Positions 10,860 through 19,324 of a DNA stretch of 23,702 nucleotides are shown here, in pieces. The stretch comes from Gemmatimonadales bacterium. GTDB lineage: Bacteria; Gemmatimonadota; Gemmatimonadetes; Gemmatimonadales; GWC2-71-9. Where the stretch lies: NCBI GenBank assembly GCA_041615815.1, contig JBFJCP010000045.1:1-23702 (forward strand). The letters run 5' to 3'. Each line of letters starts with the position of its first letter. Positions within the stretch are counted from its first letter, which is position 1. The notes beneath the pieces are model-generated. The model was not told the DNA's origin, ran no database searches, and saw nothing but the letters and a program-made list of their open reading frames with translations. Both the position numbers and the translations under genes were made by a program.

Positions 10860-11423
10860 ATGTATGTCATCTTGCTCGGACCGCCGGGAGCCGGGAAGGG
10901 AACACAGGGGATCATTCTGGCGGATCGCACGGGGCTGCCGCGAATCTCGACCGGTGACCTCCTGCGGGCCGCGGTTCACAACGCCACTCCCTTGGGGCAC
11001 CGCGCGAAGCAGTTCATGGACCAGGGCCTGCTGGTGCCGGACGAAGTGATCGTTGGGCTCATTGCGGAGGTCTTGGAGCGGCCGGAGGCGGCCAACGGTA
11101 TCATCATGGACGGGTTTCCTCGGACCGTGGCGCAGGCGGAGGCGGTGGACCGCCTCCTCGTCAGCCGCAACGCGGCGGTGGATCACGTTCTGAGCTTCGA
11201 GGTCTCGAAGGAGGAACTGGTACGGCGCTTGCTTGGTCGTCAGCAGGCGGAAGGGCGGAGCGACGACACACCGGAAGCGATCGAACGTCGCCTCCAGGTG
11301 TACCGGAAGGAAACGGAGCCGCTGGTGACGTTCTACCGCGACCGAGGAGTCCTGACCGCCATTCCCGGAACAGGGAGCATCGGCACCATCGCCACCCGCG
11401 TACAGGAAGCTGTCGGCGCATGA
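10860..11423 (+). CDS. adk: Adenylate kinase, short-LID type
   Basis: GPPGAGKGTQ P-loop, ISTGDLLR, DGFPRT, short LID GRSDD; 187 aa. Confidence 0.98.
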   Translation: MYVILLGPPGAGKGTQGIILADRTGLPRISTGDLLRAAVHNATPLGHRAKQFMDQGLLVPDEVIVGLIAEVLERPEAANGIIMDGFPRTVAQAEAVDRLLVSRNAAVDHVLSFEVSKEELVRRLLGRQQAEGRSDDTPEAIERRLQVYRKETEPLVTFYRDRGVLTAIPGTGSIGTIATRVQEAVGA

Positions 11424-12190
11424 TCACGATCAAGTCCGCCCGAGAAGTCGAGACCATGGCTGCGGCCGGGCGCATTCTGGCGGAGACGCTGCAGTTGGTC
11501 GTGGCGAGGGTGGATCCCGGCGTGAGCACCGGCGAATTGGACGAGCTGGCTGAAGATTTCATCCGCGGTCACCCTGGTGCTCGGCCGTCCTTCAAGGGAT
11601 TGTACGACTTTCCCGCGTCGCTCTGCACCTCCATCAACAATGAGATCGTGCACGGAATCCCGTCCCACAAACGCGTGCTTCGGGAGGGCGATATCATCAG
11701 CATTGATTGCGGCGTTTACCTGGAAGGGCTGCACGCCGATTCTGCGACCACCGTTCCAGTGGGACCGCCCACGCCGCACAGCGCCAACCTCCTCGATGTG
11801 ACGCGGCGGGCCCTGGATGCGGGGATCGAGGCGGCCATCCTCGGCAATCACGTGGGCGACATCGGGCATGCCGTCCAACGCATCGCGGAAGATGCCGGGT
11901 TCAGCGTCGTCCGCGAATTAGTGGGCCACGGGATCGGCACCAGCTTTCATGAAGAACCACAGGTACCCAACTTCGGAAAACCCAAACGCGGTCCGCGCCT
12001 GGTCGCCGGCATGACCCTCGCCATCGAGCCAATGATCAACGTCGGGAGCGCCGAAACCCGGATGCTCGCGGACAAATGGACGGTTGTGACGGCAGACGGC
12101 TCCCTCTCTGCCCACTTCGAACACACCGTGCTCATCGACCCTCAAGGGCCGCGACTGCTCACCGAGGTTCCCGCACGGACGGAGGCCTAG
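11420..12190 (+). CDS. map: Methionine aminopeptidase type I
   Basis: CTSINNEIVHGIP, DIISIDCG, HADSATT, GHGIG..FHEEP, AIEPM, SAHFEHT. Confidence 0.98.
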   Translation: MITIKSAREVETMAAAGRILAETLQLVVARVDPGVSTGELDELAEDFIRGHPGARPSFKGLYDFPASLCTSINNEIVHGIPSHKRVLREGDIISIDCGVYLEGLHADSATTVPVGPPTPHSANLLDVTRRALDAGIEAAILGNHVGDIGHAVQRIAEDAGFSVVRELVGHGIGTSFHEEPQVPNFGKPKRGPRLVAGMTLAIEPMINVGSAETRMLADKWTVVTADGSLSAHFEHTVLIDPQGPRLLTEVPARTEA

Positions 12191-12228
12191 CGGTCTCGTC
12201 CCCCCACGGTATCCGCGCTCCACCTTTC

Positions 12229-13143
12229 TTATTCCACACTCTTCACGCCTACCGCCTCCAATCGGCGTTCCAAAATCCGCGATTCCACTGGCTGATCGAG
12301 CTTGAGACACCGCTCGGCATCAGGCGGCAACGCCCGCTCCGGGACGAGGCCGACAATCTCGCTACGACGCACCGGCACTCCGTGGGCCCGCGCGCCCTCC
12401 TGCACGGCCGAAAACACGGTAGCGGGCGGTGTGACGTCGATGTCGAGGAGGTTCATGGAGACCTGAGCCCCCCGCCCCGTGGCGAACCCACGGGCCTGGA
12501 CTGCCGGAAGACCGCCCGAGGACGTGCGAATCTCCCGAGCGATCGCCCGCGCAACGCTGACGTCCTCGGTGTCCAGATCGATGTTGTAGGCGACGAGCAG
12601 CCCGCGAGCCCCGACGGCGGTGGCACCGGCCGTCGGATGCAGACGCGGCGGACCGAAGTCCGGAGCCCACGCCCCCTCCGCGCCCACCAACCTCGTGAGA
12701 CCCTCAAATTCGGGGCGGCGAAGCGCCGGGAGCGAAGCGCGCTCCGGCACGCGGGCAGCGCGCGCGTATAGGAAGACCGGAAGCTCGAGCGAGGCTCCCA
12801 CGTGTGCCGCAAACGTTTGTGCGATTTCCACGCATTGTCTCATGGACACGCGATCGAGCGGGACGAACGGCACCACGTCCGCTGCTCCCATGCGCGGGTG
12901 TACCCCCCGGTGCTGCCGGAGATCGATCTCCTGCACGGCAACCGCTACACTGCGGAATACGGCCTCGGCGACGGCGTGGGGATCGCCCGCCACGGTAAAA
13001 ACCGCGCGATGGTGCCACGGGTCCGCGTGCACGTCGAGCAGGTGAGCGCCGCTGACCCCGGCCAGGGCGTCCGCTAGGGCAGAAAGCGTACGCTGTTCTC
13101 GGCCTTCGCTGAAGTTTGGGACGCACTCGATGAGCGGTGTCAT
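12229..13143 (-). CDS. ftcD: Glutamate formimidoyltransferase (stand-alone formiminotransferase domain of FTCD)
   Basis: ECVPNFSEGR, HHRAVFT, HRGVHPRMGAADVVPFVP, HPTAGATAVGAR..LVAYNI, QVSMNL, SEIVGLVP; no cyclodeaminase domain. Confidence 0.93.
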   Translation of the reverse strand: MTPLIECVPNFSEGREQRTLSALADALAGVSGAHLLDVHADPWHHRAVFTVAGDPHAVAEAVFRSVAVAVQEIDLRQHRGVHPRMGAADVVPFVPLDRVSMRQCVEIAQTFAAHVGASLELPVFLYARAARVPERASLPALRRPEFEGLTRLVGAEGAWAPDFGPPRLHPTAGATAVGARGLLVAYNIDLDTEDVSVARAIAREIRTSSGGLPAVQARGFATGRGAQVSMNLLDIDVTPPATVFSAVQEGARAHGVPVRRSEIVGLVPERALPPDAERCLKLDQPVESRILERRLEAVGVKSVE

Positions 13144-13246
13144 CTGGCGGGGCCGTCGCCTGCGCCACGGCTTCCACCCGAGTCTCTCGTCCCGCCCCGA
13201 TGTGGCAGGTCGGGCGGCATAGGCGTGGGGCGTGAGGACGACGCAG

Positions 13247-14035
13247 TCATGTCTGCAGCACGTCCGCCAGCCACCGATGGATCATCGGATTCCCGGCCAC
13301 GATGGGGCCGTGTCGGACGACGTCGGGGAGCATGGCCTCGTCCGTGACGACGCCGCCGGCTTCGCGCACGATCAATGTCCCGGCCGCCACGTCCCACGGG
13401 GCGAGGTGGAGCTCCCAAAAGCCGTCGAACCGTCCGAGCGCTACATCCACGAGATCGAGTGCCGCGGAACCGGCACGCCGGATGCCACTCGTGGCCGCCA
13501 GCAGCGTCGTAAACTGCCGGAGGTACCGCGGGAGCAGCTCCACGGCTTTGAACGGGAACCCCGTGCCAATGAGGGCGCGGGCAGGATCCGATACGGTGGA
13601 GACCCGTAGCCGCTGCTCGCCGCACCAAGCACCGCCGCCAGCGGCGGCTCGATAGGTCAGCCCCCGTTCCACGTCGAGTACGACGCCCACCGTGAGCTCG
13701 CCGTCCACCAGGGCAGCGACGCTCACCGCGTAGGCTGGGTAGCCATGGAGATAATTCGTCGTCCCGTCCAGGGGGTCCACCACCCAGACGAGTGGGTCGG
13801 TAGCGTCGGTGCTCGGACTCAGCTCTTCTCCCAGGACGGTGCTGTCCGGGGTGGCGGCGAGGAGCGCTTCGACGATAACGCGCTCGGCTTCGCGGTCCAC
13901 GGCGGTGACGAAATCGGCTGCCCCCTTGAGATCCCACCGAGCGGGGTCCGCCGGTCGGGTCATGGTGCGGATTGTCGTGGCGCCGCGCTCGGCTGCGGCG
14001 GTGGCGACATCCAGTAAGTCACGGTGTTTTCCCAC
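13247..14035 (-). CDS. Inositol monophosphatase family protein (SuhB-like)
   Basis: DFVTAVDREAE, LGEE, WVVDPLDGTTNY, GSAALDL, WDVAAGTLIVREAGG; GGAGG RBS before the GTG start. Confidence 0.92.
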   Translation of the reverse strand: MGKHRDLLDVATAAAERGATTIRTMTRPADPARWDLKGAADFVTAVDREAERVIVEALLAATPDSTVLGEELSPSTDATDPLVWVVDPLDGTTNYLHGYPAYAVSVAALVDGELTVGVVLDVERGLTYRAAAGGGAWCGEQRLRVSTVSDPARALIGTGFPFKAVELLPRYLRQFTTLLAATSGIRRAGSAALDLVDVALGRFDGFWELHLAPWDVAAGTLIVREAGGVVTDEAMLPDVVRHGPIVAGNPMIHRWLADVLQT

Positions 14036-14036
14036 C

Positions 14037-14065
14037 TTGCGGCCCCTCCCGTCCCCCTCTAGCTT
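14037..14065 (+). promoter_or_regulatory. Putative sigma70 promoter for trpS (leaderless or very short leader)
   Basis: TTGCGG (14037-14042), 17-nt spacer, TAGCTT (14060-14065); trpS ATG lies 8 nt after the -10 box. Confidence 0.55.
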
Positions 14066-14073
14066 GAGGGCCT

Positions 14074-15075
14074 ATGGGTAGAGTTTTCTCCGGGATTCAA
14101 CCGTCGGGCGAGCTGCATATCGGAAATTACCTGGGCGCTGTCAAGCGGTGGGTGGGGCTGCAACACGAACACGAGTGCTACATCTGCATCGTCGATTACC
14201 ACGCCATTACCCAGGATTACGAGCCGGCCGAACTCGAGACGCGCACCCTCGACATGGCGGTCGGCCTGCTGGCCGCTGGCATCGATCCCGAGCGCTGTGT
14301 CTTGTTTGTCCAGTCGCACGTGCAAGAACACACAGAGCTGGCGTGGGTGTTCACCACGGTGACGCCCTTGGGCGAGCTCGAACGCATGACCCAGTTCAAG
14401 GACAAAGCGCAGCGCCAGGAGAGCGTGTTGGCTGGACTCCTGAACTATCCCGTGCTGCAAGCCGCCGATGTGCTGCTCTACAAGGCGGATTTGGTGCCGG
14501 TGGGCGAAGATCAAGCGCAGCATGTGGAGCTGATGCGGGAAATCGCCCGCAAGTGGAATGGACGGTACGCGAATGGGTTCTTCCCGGAGCCGCAGGCGTT
14601 GATCGGGCCAGCGCGGCGGATCATTGGGCTGGACGGTCAGGCCAAGATGTCCAAGAGTCTGGGGAACACGGTGGGAATTCTGGAGGATCCGGAGGCGATC
14701 TGGCAGCAACTGCGTCCGGCCAAAACGGATCCGGCGCGCGTGACCAGATCGGATCCTGGGACCCCGGAAAAGTGCAATCTGTACACGCTGCACCAGTACT
14801 TCTCCCCTCCGGAAGTGGTCGAGGAAGTAGCGCACAAGTGTCGGACAGCGGGGTGGGGGTGTCTGGACTGCAAACGGGTGTTGGCCGAGTACGTGGCGGC
14901 AGAATTCGGCCCCATGCGCGAGCGCGCCGCGGAGCTCAAGGCCAACCCCACGCAGGTGCGCGACGTCCTCGCGGCCGGCGCGGACCGCGCGCGAACCGTC
15001 GCCCGGGAGACCATGCGCGGCGTGCGGGAGCGGATGGGGTTTCTGTCCGGCGCCCCCACGCCCACGGCACGGTGA
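14074..15075 (+). CDS. trpS: Tryptophan--tRNA ligase
   Basis: FSGIQPSGELHIGNYLGA, VDYHAIT, FVQSHV.EH, YPVLQAADVL, VPVGEDQ.QH, KMSKS. Confidence 0.99.
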   Translation: MGRVFSGIQPSGELHIGNYLGAVKRWVGLQHEHECYICIVDYHAITQDYEPAELETRTLDMAVGLLAAGIDPERCVLFVQSHVQEHTELAWVFTTVTPLGELERMTQFKDKAQRQESVLAGLLNYPVLQAADVLLYKADLVPVGEDQAQHVELMREIARKWNGRYANGFFPEPQALIGPARRIIGLDGQAKMSKSLGNTVGILEDPEAIWQQLRPAKTDPARVTRSDPGTPEKCNLYTLHQYFSPPEVVEEVAHKCRTAGWGCLDCKRVLAEYVAAEFGPMRERAAELKANPTQVRDVLAAGADRARTVARETMRGVRERMGFLSGAPTPTAR

Positions 15076-15094
15076 GCGCGCCGCGCCCCACCGC

Positions 15095-16123
15095 GTGAGA
15101 CGGGCGGTCATCGACCTCGGCTCACCGAGGCCCGTGTGGCAGGTGCCCGCCGAGACGGTCCAGGCCATCCGCGCGGCGTTTGGGGGCGAGTGGGATGTGG
15201 TGCGAGTGGGCGCGCTGGCCGTCAGCGATGGAGATGGAGCGCAGGCCTCGCAGGAGGCGGTGGCCGCGGCGCGCGGGGCCGAGGTCTATTTCGGCTGGGG
15301 TGTGCCGGTAGAGGTGGCCCGCGCGGCGCGGCACGAGCTGCGCTGGGCCCACTCGGCGTCGGCGGGGGTGGGTGCCAGCCTCTCGCCTGAGTTTTTGGAA
15401 ACCGGAGCGGTGCTCACGAACTCCCGGGGAATCCAAGCCGAGCCCATGGCGGACTGGGCCATTGCGGCTATCGGGTTCTGCATCAGGGGCTTCCACGCCG
15501 CCGTCGCTGCGCAGCGCCGCGAGGAGTGGGCCAAGGACGCCTTTACCGACGGGCGGGTGGCGGTGAGGGAGTTCAGCCAGACGCAGGTGGGGCTGGTGGG
15601 ATTGGGTGGGATCGGTCGGGCTGTGGCGCGCCGGTGCGGGGCCTTGGGGATGACGGTTCGGGCCGTCAGGCGTCGGCCCGAGGGGCGTAAGCCGGCCGGG
15701 GTCTCCTGGGTGGGTCCGCCGGATGCCGTCGTGGATCTGGCACGGCAGAGTAATGTGCTAGTCGTCACGGCGCCGCACACCCCTGAGACCGAAGGATTGA
15801 TCGACGATCGGGTGCTCCAGGCACTGCCGGCAGGGGCCTTCGTGATCAACCTCGCCCGCGGAGCCCTGATCGACGAGGACGCGCTCCAGCACCGCCTGAA
15901 CGACGGCCATCTAGCCGGGTGCGTGCTCGACGTGTTCACGACCGAACCGCTGCCGCCTGGGCATTCGTTTTGGGAGCATCCCAAGGTGCTCGTGATGCCC
16001 CATGTGAGTTCGGTGTCGGACCGATTTTGGGAGCGGGAGACCGCGCTCATCCTGGAGAACATCGAACGGTATCGCGCCGGGCGTCGGCTCAAGCACGTGG
16101 TCGAGCCGAAGCTGGGATACTAG
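15095..16123 (+). CDS. D-isomer-specific 2-hydroxyacid dehydrogenase, substrate unknown
   Basis: Rossmann GLGGIG, NLARG, LDVF..EP, PHVS catalytic Arg/Glu/His pattern. Confidence 0.92.
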   Translation: MRRAVIDLGSPRPVWQVPAETVQAIRAAFGGEWDVVRVGALAVSDGDGAQASQEAVAAARGAEVYFGWGVPVEVARAARHELRWAHSASAGVGASLSPEFLETGAVLTNSRGIQAEPMADWAIAAIGFCIRGFHAAVAAQRREEWAKDAFTDGRVAVREFSQTQVGLVGLGGIGRAVARRCGALGMTVRAVRRRPEGRKPAGVSWVGPPDAVVDLARQSNVLVVTAPHTPETEGLIDDRVLQALPAGAFVINLARGALIDEDALQHRLNDGHLAGCVLDVFTTEPLPPGHSFWEHPKVLVMPHVSSVSDRFWERETALILENIERYRAGRRLKHVVEPKLGY

Positions 16124-16145
16124 AGAGCGAACGAGATCTACTTTC

Positions 16146-17240
16146 ATGGAAAACATCATCAAGGCCGCTGTCGATCGTGGTGCTTCCGACCTGCACATCA
16201 AGGCAGGCGATGTTTTCCGCGCCCGCATCGACGGGAAGCTCCAACCGCTCACGAAGCGCCGGCTGACGCCAGACCAGACCAAGGCGATCGCGCTGAAGCT
16301 GATCCCGGTGGAGGAAGACAAGAAGCGGATCGATACGCTCAAAGATTACGACTGCTCGTGGGGAGCGCCGGGTATTGGGCGGTTCCGAGTCAATATTTTG
16401 CGCCAGCGGTCGTCCTTCATGATCGTGATGCGGGTCATCCCGTTCGAGGTGCCCACGTTCGACAAGCTGCATCTCCCCAAGGTGCTGGAGCGCGTGGCTG
16501 ACGTGGAGCGCGGGCTGGTCCTCGTGGCCGGGGTACGGGGCAGCGGCAAGAGTTCCACCACTGCCGCCGTCGTGAACCATATCAATCAGCACGCGGTCAA
16601 GCACATCGTCACCTTGGAGAGTCCGATCGAGTTTCTGTACCGGGACCTCAACAGCTCGATCACGCAACGCGAGGTGGGTCCCGATGTGGACAGTTTCGCG
16701 CTGGGCCTGCGGTCTGCGCTCCGCCAAGATCCAGACGTCATCATGATCGGGGAGCTTCGGGATTACGACACCACGGAGGCGGCGCTCGTCGCGTCAGAGG
16801 TGGGACACGTGGTGATCTCGACACTCAATGCGCCGGATGTCCAAAGTGCCATTGGTCGAGTGGTGGGTCTCTACCCGAGCGACGAGCAGCGGGTGGTTCG
16901 GGTTCGGCTCGCCGGAGCGCTTCAGGCCGTGGTGGCCCAGCGTCTCTTGCAGCGGGCCGATGGTGAGGGACGCTATGCGGCGGTCGAGGTCATGGTCGCG
17001 ACGGAGGGCATCCGCGCCGCCATCCGCGATGATCGCCTCGGCGACCTGCCAGCGCAGATCGCGGCCGCCCGCACGAAGCATGGGATGCAAACTTTCGATC
17101 AGCACCTCGAGGACTTGGTCGAGAGTGGGGTCGTGAGTATCGACACCGCTCGGGCGAACGCCGCCGATCCCGCCCGCTTCGCTGGATCGCGCGCAGGGGG
17201 CGGCATGGCGGCCGAAGGAAAGGCGGCAACTCCCGTTTGA
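16146..17240 (+). CDS. PilT/PilU-family type IV pilus ATPase (divergent)
   Basis: GASDLHIKAG, GRFRVN, Walker A GVRGSGKS, ITQREVG, ALRQDPDVIMIGELRD, GMQTFDQHL. Confidence 0.92.
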   Translation: MENIIKAAVDRGASDLHIKAGDVFRARIDGKLQPLTKRRLTPDQTKAIALKLIPVEEDKKRIDTLKDYDCSWGAPGIGRFRVNILRQRSSFMIVMRVIPFEVPTFDKLHLPKVLERVADVERGLVLVAGVRGSGKSSTTAAVVNHINQHAVKHIVTLESPIEFLYRDLNSSITQREVGPDVDSFALGLRSALRQDPDVIMIGELRDYDTTEAALVASEVGHVVISTLNAPDVQSAIGRVVGLYPSDEQRVVRVRLAGALQAVVAQRLLQRADGEGRYAAVEVMVATEGIRAAIRDDRLGDLPAQIAAARTKHGMQTFDQHLEDLVESGVVSIDTARANAADPARFAGSRAGGGMAAEGKAATPV

Positions 17241-18142
17241 TCGGCGCGGATGACCGTCCCAGGGGACTGCTCGTTCCCCTCACGACGCCGTTCGACGCGG
17301 CCACCGGTGACGTAGCCCCGGTTCATCTGCGCGACAATGCCCGGGCGTTGCTCCACGCTGGTGTCGCGGGTGTGGTCGCTGCGGGATCCACGGGCGAAGC
17401 GCCACTGCTGTCGGAGACCGAATTCCGCAGTTTGGTGGGGTGGCTCCGTGATGTCGTGCCCGACGATCGGTGGTTGGCGGCCGGGACCGGACAAGAGTCT
17501 ACGAGGGCGACGGTGACGGCCTGTAGGGTCGCGGCCGAGGAGGGAGCAGACGTGGTGCTCGTCCGCCCGCCCAGTTATTACAGCCCGGCCGTCACACCGT
17601 CCGGGCTCGTCCAGCACTTCCGGCACGTAGCGGACGAATCTCCCATTCCGGTCTTGCTCTACAACATTCCCAAATACACCAACCTGCCGTTGGAGGACGC
17701 GCTGCTGGCGCAGCTCACGGACCACGAAAACGTCTTGGGTGCCAAAGACTCCTCAGGCGATCTCAAGAACTTTGCGGCATACCGCGAAGCGGCGCCGGAG
17801 TGGTCGCTGCTCGTAGGCTCGGGGGCGTTGTATTACGCCGCGCTCGAGTTGGGGGGTGTCGGAGCGATCGCCGCTGTGGGGTGTTTTGCAGCGGCGGAGA
17901 CCGTAGAGATCGGGACGCTCTTCGCCGCGGGGGATCGATCGAGGGCGGGGGCGGCGCAGGAGCGTGTAGCACCGTTACACCGCGAGATCGTGAGCAAGCT
18001 CGGCGTTGCAGGGGTGAAGGCGGCGATGGATCTCGTTGGCCTTGCCGGTGGCCCGGTTCGCCTCCCTCTCACCGACTTGGGCGCCCGCCACCGTAAGCGC
18101 GTCGCGGGCCTGCTGCGCCAGGCAGAGTTGCTCGCGGCCTGA
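17237..18142 (+). CDS. DapA/NAL-family aldolase, probably not true DHDPS
   Basis: TTPF, GSTGE, LYNIP, Schiff-base Lys in AKDSSGD, KAAM..G.VRLPL; TTG start overlaps the upstream stop. Confidence 0.88.
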   Translation: MIGADDRPRGLLVPLTTPFDAATGDVAPVHLRDNARALLHAGVAGVVAAGSTGEAPLLSETEFRSLVGWLRDVVPDDRWLAAGTGQESTRATVTACRVAAEEGADVVLVRPPSYYSPAVTPSGLVQHFRHVADESPIPVLLYNIPKYTNLPLEDALLAQLTDHENVLGAKDSSGDLKNFAAYREAAPEWSLLVGSGALYYAALELGGVGAIAAVGCFAAAETVEIGTLFAAGDRSRAGAAQERVAPLHREIVSKLGVAGVKAAMDLVGLAGGPVRLPLTDLGARHRKRVAGLLRQAELLAA

Positions 18143-18145
18143 GGG

Positions 18146-19237
18146 GTGACCGCACCTCGCTGGGCTGGACCCCTGTTCCACCGCCTGGCTCGTCCACGGC
18201 TTCCGGGGACCCCAGAGCTGGCTCGAGCCCAGGCAGCCATCGTCGAGCAGCTGCAGGAGCTGGGGTACCAACCGCGACAGGTTCCGTTCACGACGTCCGG
18301 TCGACGACTCGCGGCCGTCACCATTGCCGGTGCCGGGCTCGGGTGGGTGGCGCTGCTCACCGTGCCGTTGCTCGTGCTCGACCTTGCGGGGTGGCCCGTG
18401 ACGGTGTCCGGCCTGGCCGGCCTCGCCCTGATTGCCGTATTGGCGCTCGGAATCGCCGAGGGCCGCCTCCCCACGCCGGCTTCCCCCATCCGGGGTGTGA
18501 ACATCGTGGCGGGCGGTTCGGCCACCCGTGTCTGGCTCGTCGCCCACTCCGACAGCAAGTCCCAAGGAGCATCGCTCGCCGGTCGGGTCATGGGTAGCGT
18601 CGTGGCAATGCTGGGGGCCGTGTTGCTGAGTGGCGTCCTGCTCGCTCGCATCGCTGGGCCCCTGCCTGTCTGGATGGCGCTCGCCGCGTGTGCACCGGCT
18701 TTGGTTGGCGGTGCCGTCTTGTCGTTCAGCCGCGCACGCAATGAGTCTCCGGGTGCGGTGGACAATGCAACCGGGGTCATCGCGGCGCTCACAGCCGCTG
18801 CGCAGCTCAGCGGTCGCTCGGACATCGGTGTGATCATCACCGATGCGGAAGAGCTCGGACTCGAAGGGGCCCGAGCGTGGGTGGCCACCATGCCGCGATC
18901 GGAAGCGGCATTCGTGAATTTCGATGGGCTCGATGATCGGGGGTCCTATCGCGTGATGCCGCACGCTGGTCACGCGGCATCGAGCCTCGCCCGAGTGATT
19001 GCCGCCGAGCTCGGCGGGCAAGGCGGGGTCGTAGTGCAGCGTCTACCCCCCGGGGTCCTGGTCGACGGAATCGTGCTCGCGCGGTATGGGTTGACCGGCG
19101 TGAGTGTGAGCCGCGGCGATTTCGCCACGCTGCGCGTCGTGCATACCGCGCGCGACGGCCCCGAGCGCGTGAGTGTCGCCTCCGCCGTCGCGGCAGGTCG
19201 GGCCACGGCCCAGGCGCTGGGGCGCTGGCTGAGTTGA
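18146..19237 (+). CDS. Membrane-embedded M28-family metallopeptidase-like protein
   Basis: Metal-site motifs AHSDS, PGAVDNATG, DAEELGL.G, NFDG, HT.RD; two hydrophobic helix pairs inserted. Confidence 0.8.
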   Translation: MTAPRWAGPLFHRLARPRLPGTPELARAQAAIVEQLQELGYQPRQVPFTTSGRRLAAVTIAGAGLGWVALLTVPLLVLDLAGWPVTVSGLAGLALIAVLALGIAEGRLPTPASPIRGVNIVAGGSATRVWLVAHSDSKSQGASLAGRVMGSVVAMLGAVLLSGVLLARIAGPLPVWMALAACAPALVGGAVLSFSRARNESPGAVDNATGVIAALTAAAQLSGRSDIGVIITDAEELGLEGARAWVATMPRSEAAFVNFDGLDDRGSYRVMPHAGHAASSLARVIAAELGGQGGVVVQRLPPGVLVDGIVLARYGLTGVSVSRGDFATLRVVHTARDGPERVSVASAVAAGRATAQALGRWLS

Positions 19238-19262
19238 CGCGTCGACAATCGGTCCCTACCTT
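19234..19262 (+). promoter_or_regulatory. Putative sigma70 promoter upstream of purA
   Basis: TTGACG (19234-19239), 17-nt spacer, TACCTT (19257-19262). Confidence 0.6.
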
Positions 19263-19273
19263 GCCGAGAGGAT

Positions 19274-19305
19274 GCCCCGGGCGGGAACCCCGGGGCCTTT
19301 TTCTT
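19274..19305 (+). terminator. Intrinsic terminator or attenuator hairpin before purA
   Basis: Stem GCCCCGGG/CCCGGGGC with a 7-nt loop, followed by CTTTTTCTT. Confidence 0.7.
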
Positions 19306-19324
19306 GTCCGATCCGAGGCGTGGG

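Noticed and set aside
1912..11186. Long antisense ORFs over the ribosomal cluster (for example 1912-3036, 3597-4442, 7763-8656, 9879-11186)
   Set aside because: Shadow frames of conserved + strand genes in high-GC DNA; no recognisable motifs.
13144..13246. 103-bp gap upstream of ftcD as a THF or other riboswitch
   Set aside because: Only weak GC hairpins; no aptamer consensus recognised.
13140..19021. Long alternate-frame or antisense ORFs (13140-13937, 14059-15168, 14148-15098, 17833-18891, 17975-19021)
   Set aside because: They overlap well-supported genes and have the R/P/G/A-rich composition typical of off-frame GC-rich sequence.
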